Of a DNA stretch of 64,000 nucleotides, positions 37,544 to 48,675 are shown in pieces. A model generated the notes under the pieces. That model saw nothing but the letters and a program-made list of their open reading frames with translations. It was not told the DNA's origin and did no database searches. This stretch comes from Novakomyces olei (lineage: Eukaryota), in contig JADEYG010000004.1 of the NCBI GenBank assembly GCA_016906335.1, forward strand, positions 372,001-436,000, given 5' to 3'. The stretch's first letter is position 1, and each line of letters begins with the position of its first letter. Made by a program: the position numbers and the translations under genes.

Positions 37544-38790
37544 CTTGGACACAAAGTCAGATAGAGAAAAATTATAGAACCGTCATTCTATCGCGGGTTA
37601 CGGCTTGCATGGAACCAGTTACGCATAATCTCACCGACTGCTGCATTGTACGTAATTCCCACATAGACATGAATTAATTATATGTATGTATAATTCAAGG
37701 CACACAGGACTCGGGCACAAAACCCATGATGACAATGCATCCCTATGACGCGACAAGTTATCCATTGTTTTGTGGAAAAGACGCCTTTGCTCCAGGACAA
37801 GTCGAGTAAGAAATAAAACTGCACAAATGTCCATTTTTTTAATGCCGCATACAACCCTGATAGGCACAGTTATGGTATACTCTCTTGATGGAAATTGCAC
37901 ACGTAAGGCAGCCCGACTAGCATTATAATGGTTTCTTCTACTTTAACAAGCAATTCCTGAAGGGCCATGTAGAAATGACTGGCGAAAATGCAGGCCAGGG
38001 AAGCAAACCATAAAAGAAGCCGGCCAAGAATTGCAGTCCGTGATTCAGTCTTGATACTGAGTTGGCGAAGAGCAATTCAGGTGGCCTCCTGCTGCCAATT
38101 ACAGCAGGTTGGGCCTTTTACGGGAGTCCACAAGATTGTTCCATTTGCAACATTCCTTTCAAGTCAAACAGACAAATGCTATACGCAAACGGAGCAAGCC
38201 TTGTTATATGGACTCCTACGGGCCATCTCAAACGCCTCACACAAAAGCATGGCCGGCCAAAAGTCTGCCGGCACTACTCTCAAACTGCCATTCTTATTCC
38301 GAGACCCGTGACAGCCCGTGAAGCAAAAGACCCGGTAGATTATTAGAAGTAATCAGCAGCCTCGGTCTGTACGGAAGGGCGTTGGGGAAGCACAATGAGT
38401 ACACACTGGCCCCTACTCGGGTCAAGGCCCTAAAGAAGGCAAAGAGATGTGGCTGGTGAGATAGAGCCCTCGTACAAGGAAAATGTCAGGGTTATGTATT
38501 GTCTTCTACACTCTGGGCTAAAGACAGTCCGTATAAAGACCGTCTCGTTGCCATGCGACTCCGAGACGCGCCCTTGCCCTCCTCTTTTATATACGGCGAT
38601 TGCGTATGAAGCACCATGTTCAAGTCGGAATTCAGCCGCACAAGTCTAAAGCGCCAGAGTGCTTTGATAGAAAACAGAGTAGACGCCATAAAGGCACATG
38701 CTAGTCGAGCGGGTCCAGAGCAGAAATTTGAGCTGGATTGTGTGCAATTGGCACCAGTTTGTATATCCTCATTGTGCAACGGTGGAAGTT
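37544..38790 (-). ncRNA. Putative telomerase RNA (TER); ends approximate
   Basis: No recognisable protein gene. Ordered elements on the minus strand: core-enclosing helices (38698-38710/37911-37923; 38740-38749/37893-37902), template-boundary arm (38500-38676), template UAACCCUGAC (38494-38485), triplex pseudoknot (38026-37928), P6 (37765-37726) and P6.1 GGGU-UUUGU-GCCC (37725-37713). G-U pairs work only on the minus strand. Confidence 0.87.
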
Positions 38791-39208
38791 TTACGCGTCG
38801 GCGTTGTTTTTATGTAGGAAATAAATCATATATAAATAATATATGAATATAAATTATATATGAATATAATAAACATGAATAAATTAGTACTAAAAATACA
38901 TATAAAACTACGCGTCAAAATAATACATATAAAATTACTTTTATAATATAACACATAAAATTCATATATCCAACTACAATTCAAGATACTGGTGAAAATT
39001 GTGGAGGAAACGGTATATTTGCTGCGCGAATAGGGTAAATACGATTATTATGGTAGAATCCAAAGCCACTGTGTACCGTCCATGCACATACATTATTAAA
39101 ACATAAACATAATTATTACAATAATTAATAAACAAACGCATCAATCACGTACACAAAGAGATGAACGGTCGGCGAACTATCGAGTCATAGTACTAAAGAC
39201 GACGGAAA

Positions 39209-40054
39209 ATGCTACTTGATCCGCAACCGTAAGTCGGGATAGCAGTATAGAAAATAAAGCTGACAAAGCAGCGACTATGTGCGAAAGTTGGTGGTAGTGG
39301 GCGATGGTGGCTGTGGCAAGACGTGCTTGCTCATGGTTTTTGCAAGGAAACCGTTTCCAGAGGTACTCAAAGAGATAGGTGTGCACCAGCGCTGACATTT
39401 GAATAGAACTATTGCCCCACTGTGTTTGAAAATTACATTACCAATGTACGGCGCGGGAGCAAGATGGTGGAAATGGCTTTGTGGGATACAGCTGGGCAGG
39501 AAGAATACGACCGATTGCGACCTCTATCGTATCCAGAATCTGACGTGGTTTTAATCTGCTTTGCTATTGACTCGCAAAGCAGTCTTGCAAATGTACAGGA
39601 CAAATGGTATCCTGAAGTACGGCATTTCTGTCCGCACACGCCTGTGCTACTGGTCGGCTTGAAGAATGACTTGCGCAAAAGTAGAAAGGCCATTGATATG
39701 CTACGTGCTCAAGGCGAGTCGCCGGTGACGTTTCAGGAGGTAATTTACTTGTCTATGTGTCGAAGCTGTTTGCCATGAACTGTGGATCTTGCATGGATTT
39801 GTTCTATTTTTATTTTAGTATTTTCTAATGCTTTTCTTTTGTTCAAGAATGCATTAGCTATAGAGCGCCAATTCTGAATGTCGAAATGATTCTAACATCA
39901 GGCTTCTTCGGTCGCAAATTCGATTGGGGCGAAATACGTTGAATGTTCCGCAATGGAGAACCAAGGTGTGGACCGGGTATTTGAGACAGCAATTGACCTT
40001 GCCATAAACGCAAACTTCCACAAATTTAGGCGGAAATATTGCACTATTATCTAA
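39209..40054 (+). CDS. RHO4: Rho-family GTPase, Rho4-like (4 exons)
   Basis: [63 protein letters not shown]. Confidence 0.9.
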
Positions 40055-40540
40055 TTCTTTCTGTCTTTTCTGCCAGCCATGACGAAGCCAGGCCCTATGA
40101 TTCTTGCCTAACATGGAGTATATAAGTACATATATGCACATATCGCAATGCCGTACATAATCATCATGAATTCACAATAATTAGTTCTTTTGCAACTAGT
40201 CATTATTACGATGTAAGCAGAAAGCATCGTTCGCATACTGTATTTATGTTTATAAACGTGAACAGCGCCCGTATTTTTACAAGCACAGGATATATTCGAG
40301 ACGCCGTTCACATAGTAATTGCGCATGAAAACTTGAATGATTCTTCATGATTACTAGGTAGCAAGCAACAAGCATCGTTAGTCGTAGAATATCGCCTGAA
40401 ACATGCTTCTACTGTATGCAAAAAGTTTCAAGCACGTTTCTGCATTGCGAGTCATAAAACAAAAAATAAAGACAATAAATTCATAACAATACCACAGATT
40501 ACTGATAATAAAATATTAATCTAATTAAATTGCGAAAAAA

Positions 40541-40624
40541 TGATTCCGGCGTGATTCGAACACGCGATATTCTCTGTGCTTACATAATGTAAAAGAGACA
40601 TCCTAACCACTAGATCACGGAACC
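40541..40624 (-). tRNA. tRNA-Val(TAC) with an 11-nt intron (40587-40577)
   Basis: GGTTCCG/CGGAATC acceptor stem, TCTCT-TT-TAC-A-[TTATGTAAGCA]-C-AGAGA, GTTCGAATC B box, T6 terminator immediately downstream. Confidence 0.93.
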
Positions 40625-40759
40625 ACTGCTAACCGACTATTACACGGTACAGAGTATAGTGATAGGTCAATTTTAAATATATAATATCGATTATTATTGG
40701 ATAAGCTCTATCGCGTCTTGTAATACAGCCAACATCATCATTACGCGTGGCGCGCGACT

Positions 40760-43134
40760 ATGGGCTTCGAGTCGCTGCTGGTTGGATTTGATGGGAGTAA
40801 TGAGCCTGTTAATGTCTCAAGACTGAAAGCGGACGGATATGATTTTCAAATGCAATATGTTTGTGAACAGGACGACTATACTCACAAACGTCTCACGCCC
40901 TTTGGTACCTCCAAAAGAATATAGATGATTGCACCAGGAACTAACCACTAGATCGTATCGATTACGTGCTGGCAAAATGCCGTGGTCCATCAGAGTCGGC
41001 GTCATTGTTTGAATTAGAGCAGGTAATTTCTCTATTTTTCCTACTCATTCAAACAGCTCTTGCTCCGCTCAAACGACAACCTCACTGACAATTCAGGCGC
41101 TAAGGTCCGACGTATCGTACGCGTCATTTTGTGGTATCGATTCGATAGTGCTCCCGGCTCTAGATTCTGCTCTGCCGGACGATCAAGTTGTACGATATGG
41201 CCGAATGATTAGAAGGCTGCTTGCTCTGTCATCCCACATTGTTCTCACTCTGCCAGTGTGGATGCACGCAAAGCACTCACATCCATCATTAACCTGGTTA
41301 CAGTGGAATCGCATCCGGAGTATATGTGATTACCACGTACGTCTTACTTGTACTCTAAAAATATCGCCCCATTGTCCACACGAAATAGTCGCGGAACGAT
41401 GGTACGCTGAGCCTGTAAAGGCAATCATTCTACACACAGGCACTTTTATACCTAATCAACGAAACTACCCTGTGCTTTCAAAAATGCATCAGACGGTGTT
41501 TTTAAAGCTTGCATCAGTATGTATCTGCTTGCCATTTATTTGTCTTTGCCGTGCATTGCTAGGTCCATTTATTCTACTTTGTTTGCGCTCTCCAATACCC
41601 GACTTCTTATTTGGTTTTTCTTTAGCCCTTGCCTTATTCCAAGCTGACCGAAAATAAAAGCTCAATCCTCTTATTATTCTCTCCAAATCTGGGAGCATGG
41701 CCTTTAGCGGCGACGAGCATGCTTATTTGAAATACGTACGCTACTTGGAAAAACTAAGACCGAATCCGACTGTACTTGACAAATTTGGAGATGGCTACCA
41801 GGACTATTTACAGACGCCTTTGCAGCCTTTGCTACATAACCTGGAAAGCCTTACTTATGAGGTGTTTGAACAAGATCCTGTGAAATACGACCTTTATGAG
41901 AAGGCCATTTTTGCAGCTTTGTCATCTTGCCAAGACAATAGCCATCCGTAAGAACGCCTTTTAATTTTGTCGTTTCGTTTCACTTCTTTTTATTTCTTCT
42001 TTGATTGTATGATATACACTCTTTCTTTTGCATGCTTATACAACCCATTTCAAGCTTATTTTACCCTTCTATTCTGACACCTGGTTTAGCATAATGATTG
42101 CCGTGATAGGTGCAGGCAGGGGCCCTCTAGTAGACAGGACATTGAAAGCTTTATCTCGAGCCAAATTAAAAGCAAAGATAGTTGCAGTCGAAAAGAATCC
42201 AAATGCAATCCCGGTCTTAGAGGCGCGCAACCAAAAAGAATGGAGGCAGGAAGTGAGTATTGTGGAAACCGATATGAGATCGTGGGAGCCGACTTGTAAA
42301 TTTGATATACTTGTCAGCGAGCTTTTGGGAAGTCTTGGCGACAACGAGTTGAGTCCTGAGTGTGTCGAGTCTGTCATGTGCCATTTAAAAGGTAGTTTTA
42401 TTTTCGTCTTTGTTATTTTATGTAATTCTAATTATAAAGATGGCGGAGTTTCTATACCCGAATATTACGAAAGTTTTATTACACCGATAATGTCGCCCAA
42501 ATTGCACCAAGAATTGCAGAAAACCGGAAAGCCAGCGTCGTGGGAGCTTCCGTACGTTGTTTTCCTAAAATCCTACTATTATATTTGTGCGGAGGAAGAA
42601 AGGTTCAAGCCAATATGGTCCTTCTCACATATACAATCTTCACAGCCCACAGCACCCAGCTTCACTAGGTACAATTCTCTGGCCTTTGTAAGTGAGTCGG
42701 ACGGGATTCTCACAGGGTTCGGTGGCTACTTTGAAGCAAAGCTATTTGGTGACGTTTGGTTGAGCATTTTGCCGACGACAAAGGATAAGAAATCGCCTGA
42801 TATGTGCTCATGGCTGCCTTTTTATTTCCCTCTGAGGGTAAGTTACAGCTCCAGATTCAAGAGCATAGCTCAACTTTATTCCCTTTAACTTTTGGCTCAT
42901 TGCTTCAATAATTTTGCTTAAAATTTTGACCTTAATTTGGGAATTCTTACACCACAGGACCCCTTAATCGTATCGGAAGGCTCGAAAATCGGAGTACAAA
43001 TCTGGCGAGAACAAGACAGCCGTAAATGCTGGTACGAATGGGTAGCTGACGTAAAAAATGCAAATGAAGCAGTGACTGGAACATCTATTCTGCATAATGC
43101 TGATGCTGCACAGTACAGCATTCAGCTTCATTGA
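40760..43134 (+). CDS. SKB1: Protein arginine methyltransferase 5 (multi-exon)
   Basis: RWYAEPVKA, NYPVLSKMHQ, YQDYLQTPLQPLLHNLESLTYEVFEQDPVKY, VIGAGRGPLV, VSELLGSLGDNELSPEC; start exon less certain. Confidence 0.94.
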
Positions 43135-43152
43135 AATACAACATTCGTCTGA

Positions 43153-43974
43153 TTATTTCTCTCGGCCAATTGAAAATCCCAAACCTGTGATGGAGACTTG
43201 TTGCTGTGCCTAGAAAAAGTTAATTTGCAAATTTAGTTTTTTAATAATATTTAAAATAAATAAATTGCCAATGACTTATGACTTTGAAGCGTACCTTTTC
43301 GTCATAATCGTACCACTCGCCTTCAGCCAGATCAATTTCGGCAAACAAGGCATTATTTGCCGCGCTCTTACACTCCCAGGCGCTCTGAAAACGTCAATAA
43401 ACCAATAAACAATAAGCTTACATCAGGCCGGAATTCTGTAAATTCACATCCTCGGCATTCAAAGGTTAAAATTGGCTTGAATTGAGGCGAGTCGTCGATG
43501 CTGTAGGCAATTGGCGCCTCAAGAACAGCTAAAATTAATACACCAACCGCGACCAGGGCTTACATGCTGAAGATTCCCGCTATTCCAAATTAGACGTACA
43601 ACAAGAATCAAAGACAATGAAGGCCCAAAAAAGGCTTTGGTGATTAAAAAAATAAATCAATTATTGCACAGATAAATAGACTCAAATGAAGCAAAAGCGA
43701 GACCAGAGACTGAGAACGATTGAACTATGTTGTAACAAGCATCCAAATACCATACCGAACAGTTTTTACAGCTCCATACAAAATTGGCCTCGCCGCGGCT
43801 CTTTGACAAGGGCACTTTATCTGCACGGTTGATACCGATAAAGCTGGGGTTTGTCTCATGGCAAGAGTTGCAGACGACACGAAAAGAGTAGTAATAATCG
43901 CCTTCAGTGTCACTTGGCTTTAAGGCAGTTACACCTTCAAGTTCTGCCTTGACAGAAAGTGCAAATTTGGGCAT
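43153..43974 (-). CDS. DUF866/CZIB (C1orf123-like) CxxC zinc-binding protein (multi-exon)
   Basis: MPKFALSVKAELEGVT, CNSCHE, SRGEANFVWSCKNC, FECRGCEFTEF, GEWYDYDEK. Confidence 0.92.
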
Positions 43975-44042
43975 GACGCAACTGGGTTCAAAGCAGCAAA
44001 AAAGTCAAAAAAAAAAAAAAAAGTGCACTTTTAGCGATATTA

Positions 44043-44162
<120 letters not shown>

Positions 44163-44326
44163 TTATATCTATAAACCGTGCTCATAATAACATATGATTA
44201 ATTGAATGGCAATTGCACGAGATGCGTGCCTGCAAATGACCAATGTCGGAGCCACGTTAACCAGTCAATGGCTCTTCCCTTGAGCCAAAATTTTGCGTGT
44301 TAGTCTGTACAAGTTTGCTGGAGGCA

Positions 44327-46015
44327 ATGAGGCTTTTGCCCCTTCAAAGTCGGACGGCATTACCCGTCCAGCGTGGATCCTGCAAGGCCCGTCGTCTGTC
44401 GGCTGCGGCAAGGAGATGCCCCCCACACGCTCACGCTCACGCTCACGCCTGCCGATCCCAGCTGCCTTCCAATTTTGAAATGAAGATTAAAACCCCAAGG
44501 CATGAGCAATTGCAGTCGCGCGACTACCGCAGCCTGGCTGTGCCCTCAATGGCACCAGAATCTGATTCGTCCTCAAGAACGGTGGCCAGGGCAGATGCAG
44601 ATGATAATATCAGTATCGACTATGATGAGCTTTTACGCGATCCGATGGATGGCGCGAGTCTACGCGTACGCAGAAACGCGGTCTTGATTACGCGCGCAGA
44701 GGAGAAGGCGCGAGATTTACTGAGGAGCCTGAGCGTCTACCCGAGACAGGAACTGGAGACACTCGAGCGGGAAATAAGTGTGAGGAATAACAAACGAGAC
44801 GCGTCCCACCGCCCATTTTTAAATAGGTCTTTTAATAGGTCCTCTACGCTAGAGGGATCCGCAAAAGTAGACGGGGACCGTTTGGCAGCCAATTCTGCTT
44901 TGGCTCTTTCCGAGGCGGGCTGCCGCCTTTTACAAACTGGGCTTTGCAACGGCCAAGGCAGCTATGAAATGATCACCTGTGCTGAGTACAGGCGAAGGGT
45001 CAAGGCATTGCATGATACATTGAATGGGGTCCTACGGTACCCGAGCGAATCTGTCTTTGAGGATATTGCATCGGCCTTGGAAAAGTATCAAATCGTACCG
45101 AGAAGACGCACTTTTGCCATGCTGATTGCCCGGCTGTCAAGGTTCCGGTTCTTTCGACTCGCACGGACGGCAGTCTATAGTATGGAGTACAGGGCAAAGC
45201 ATGAACAGAGCAATGATACCCGCACGGCTATCATAAAACTGTACGCTTTGACTAAAGATTACCAAAGGTTTGACCGGTTTCTATACCGAATTCGCTGCGA
45301 ATTGAACCGTGGACCCATGGCGAGAGCAGTTTATGGTGCAGTCATCCACGCCTATGTTAGATTTGGACGTTTAGACCAGGCGGAAATGTATTATAAATCT
45401 TGCTGTGAAGAAACTGGGCCCAACGATAAAATCCTGACACAAATGCTAAACTTGTACGCATTTCGACGTGACTGGCAGTCTGGTATCAGAGTATTGGAGT
45501 TATTGAAGGATTACTGCAGAGCCAATGGCAGATCGATGGATGACTGGGGCATTTATCACGCTATTATCCTGTGCGAAAGGTGCCATCGCTTTGAACTCGC
45601 TAATGAAATAAGAGATCTTAATGCGGGTAACCCGCTGTTCAATCATTTCACTACTCCGCGTCCATTGAAACGCTCTTCAACCGTGTTTTTTCCGTGGGAC
45701 TGCTTGCCACAGCCAATTTTTATGGAAAATCCTCAGAGGTTCAATAGGCCATACGCCCATTTTGATCGGGACCATATATTCAATGTTCTGGGGTACCACG
45801 ATATTCCCGCTTTGGCGATTGGGATGCGACGTGTTCCTTTTTGGAAACGGATAAGGCAGTGGAAACGCAGTGCGAAACTTCGTAAAGACGGAAGCATAAA
45901 GCTCGTTCCTCTTTGGAGAAGGGTACAGCGGTGGAAAATGCATCCTGCCAGGCGAAGATTGCTTTTGCTATATTCTAAAGGTGGCGGCGATACACAGAAA
46001 AGGCGAGTTCTTTGA
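44327..46015 (+). CDS. Mitochondrial pentatricopeptide-repeat-like protein
   Basis: Arg/Ser-rich presequence; PPR-like helices TFAMLIARLSR, VYGAVIHAYVRFGRLDQAEMYY, PNDKILTQMLNLYA. Confidence 0.7.
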   Translation: MRLLPLQSRTALPVQRGSCKARRLSAAARRCPPHAHAHAHACRSQLPSNFEMKIKTPRHEQLQSRDYRSLAVPSMAPESDSSSRTVARADADDNISIDYDELLRDPMDGASLRVRRNAVLITRAEEKARDLLRSLSVYPRQELETLEREISVRNNKRDASHRPFLNRSFNRSSTLEGSAKVDGDRLAANSALALSEAGCRLLQTGLCNGQGSYEMITCAEYRRRVKALHDTLNGVLRYPSESVFEDIASALEKYQIVPRRRTFAMLIARLSRFRFFRLARTAVYSMEYRAKHEQSNDTRTAIIKLYALTKDYQRFDRFLYRIRCELNRGPMARAVYGAVIHAYVRFGRLDQAEMYYKSCCEETGPNDKILTQMLNLYAFRRDWQSGIRVLELLKDYCRANGRSMDDWGIYHAIILCERCHRFELANEIRDLNAGNPLFNHFTTPRPLKRSSTVFFPWDCLPQPIFMENPQRFNRPYAHFDRDHIFNVLGYHDIPALAIGMRRVPFWKRIRQWKRSAKLRKDGSIKLVPLWRRVQRWKMHPARRRLLLLYSKGGGDTQKRRVL

Positions 46016-46529
46016 GTCGTTTTTAATTTCAGATGTAAAGACACGGTTTATAATTTTCCATCCAGCGTGGACTGAAGGAATAGCGACACTTAAAAGCGCA
46101 TAACAAGCTCACGAGTTTTGAATAAAATTGCATTAATTTATTTCGTTCATGACGAATGTGTTCCGTATCTCCTTTTGTCGTGTAATATCCGCCCAGCTGC
46201 TTTGTGCCTTAAGACCAGCCGTGGCCATTGCAGAAATATTATAAAGCGAAAAGATGTATTTAAAATAAAGCAAACGAACAGATTGTAACAAAAAGATTGT
46301 AACATATAGATTGTAATATATAGAGAAACCATAAAATCTAAGCAACGAAGCAACAATTCTGAGACTGAACAGTGGAACTATCGAGCCAGTTGTGATAGTG
46401 AAGTTGAGTTCCGGGTTTGTAAAGCAGCCAAAATATTTGGATACATGTAAAAAAATAAAGCGTATCATAAAGTTTCATAATGAAAATGAAAAGTAAGAAT
46501 TTAGTGAAAATACATCACGGGAATTAATA

Positions 46530-48675
46530 TCAGATATACGTAGAAGAATCCGTATACACCGAACGTGATAAAAAACTGGTCAAGCCAGGTGTTACACAGA
46601 CTCCAATAAACCCAATTCCTGCATAAACGATAAGTTTAGTAACCACTTCCACATCGTATCGCACACGTGGCGTTGGAACTGCAAATAGCAGAGAATCAAG
46701 ATCTTGCACGGATACACCACTTTGATGAGCGTACTGAGACAAAGCTCTTTGCCTTGATTTTTGAGCCATGCTCTCATAATAATCAGCATGAGACTGTGGA
46801 CCAACAGAGTCTGATCTTTTCCGGCCCATTATTGCCGGCAAGTCTTTCAAACGGCCCAACGGCTGGTCGTCTTTAAGATCAGGAACACTTGAGTACTGGC
46901 TGACGGACAGGTAGCCGAAACGCGGTAAAAGAATGCCAAATTTTGATAGGTAACGGTAAATAGGAGGAAGCACTCGCAGACTAGTTCGTTTGGCAATTTT
47001 TCTCCATAACAGAATCATTGGTATACCTAAAAAATATTAGTTTATTTCAAACCAAAAAAAAAACAAGAAATTTAAATAGTAAAGGTTAATTATAAGAAAG
47101 ATTTAATCTTGAAGAACCTGATAACATAAATTAAAAGCAATGATTATTATTATTGATTTAATTACAATCGTAATCAAATCAACAAACCAATAAATTAAAT
47201 GGTAAAATTATTGAAATCGGTCCACGATCTCTCCCGACGGAAATACCTAGTGCAATTTGAATTAAGAACCTCTGAGAGCCAGAGAGTGGCAGGGGCTCAT
47301 GAACAATAATTCTCTTGGTCGTCACTAGTGCCAGCATAAACCCTATCTTAACAGCAACAAAAGCGACTGTGTCTTCAAAGCACGGGCAAGGATCAGCCGG
47401 TTCCGGATGCAGGCCGATAAAGGCAAGAAGAGAGACAGACATGATAAGAAATTCTATGAGGTTAGATAAAGCTTTGAAAGAAACAAGATAATTAGAATAT
47501 TAAACACACGACACAATATGTTTTTTAATTTATGTTTAATCAGAAAAACTGAATGTATACTTACGTGCCGGGGAGATATCGTCTGCAAATACGTCAAAGT
47601 ATTGACGAAAATTCCATCGCACCCAATAAATACCGTACCCAAACATGCAGCCAACCAAAACATCTTTATTGTTAAGCAAACGTGATGTAGATATAAATAA
47701 GTTTTTGATTGCAGAGCATTATAGATCGCTTACCCATAAACCCGTGCATGCCGCAATAAACACGTCCAAGAACGACACTAATAACGTAAAACCAAGCAGC
47801 AGCTCGATAAAGGGCAAGAACACTCGGGTTAAAAGTTCCTTCTGGTTTTGCGTGCAGTATCGAAAGAACATAGAGCGCCGTAGAAACAGCATTGGCTGAA
47901 TGAGTGCTAGGAAATCCGTATTCAAGTGCAGCCGAGCCAGAAAGAGTTAGACGATGAAGAGGGGGCGATAGAGGCCGCGGCAAGCAAAAGAAATCTTTGG
48001 CCACGCCAGTAAGAGCGACTCCAGTGGCGAGCAGATCAACCATCCTAAAAACAGTTAAACATACTTGTTTTGCAATAAAACAAGGAGACTAGAATTGACA
48101 TAAACTTACGCAGTGGCATCATAACCATGCCCTGACCAGGCCAGAATGGGTAAGAATATCATAAAAAAGTTGTGTGTTCCTGACTTGATTAGCGCAGGCC
48201 ATAGTCGAAACGAATTAACCACGCAGATGAATAGCAATAAAGCTAGAAAAGAATAGATTGTTTAAGGAAGCAATAAAAATTCGAATAAAGACGCGTAAAA
48301 ATTGTACAATATGGTCAATCAAATAATATAAACAACGCGGGGAAGCAATGATGGTTGGCACAACCAAATGCAAATCCAAACTTACCCAATACTGCGGTAT
48401 AGGAGAAAAAAACATCGAGCGGTGGCCGTCGTATTGAAGCCTATAAAAGTCAGAATACGACTAGTAATCTGACGTACCTGGACCCGAGCGAGAATAGCTG
48501 TTTCATTTCGAATCAAGTGGAGAAGCCCTTGCCGCATACGGTAGCGAAGTCTGTTGTGCAAGCGCGAAGTATAATGGTCCTCTGGCCGTACGCCAGCATC
48601 AATTTTACACATTTCGACCTCCGCCGGTGGCACCGTTTCGCTCACCGAGTAGCCCGAGGCTTTGCTGCTGGCCAT
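46530..48675 (-). CDS. LCB3: Dihydrosphingosine-1-phosphate phosphatase (PAP2 family, multi-exon)
   Basis: KDFFCLPRPLSPPLHRL, EYGFPSTHSANA, GRVYCGMHGF, HPEPADPCPCFED, PRVRYDVEVVTKLIVYAGI. Confidence 0.93.

Noticed and set aside
37631-38846. Short ORFs (66-107 aa) in the PPM2-RHO4 interval
   Set aside because: No recognisable motifs or coherent exon chain; the region is better explained by extensive RNA base-pairing
39161-39190. Upstream ATG as the RHO4 start
   Set aside because: Stops after 9 codons; ATG 39209 with a GTAAGT..CAG intron gives the proper frame (at most a uORF)
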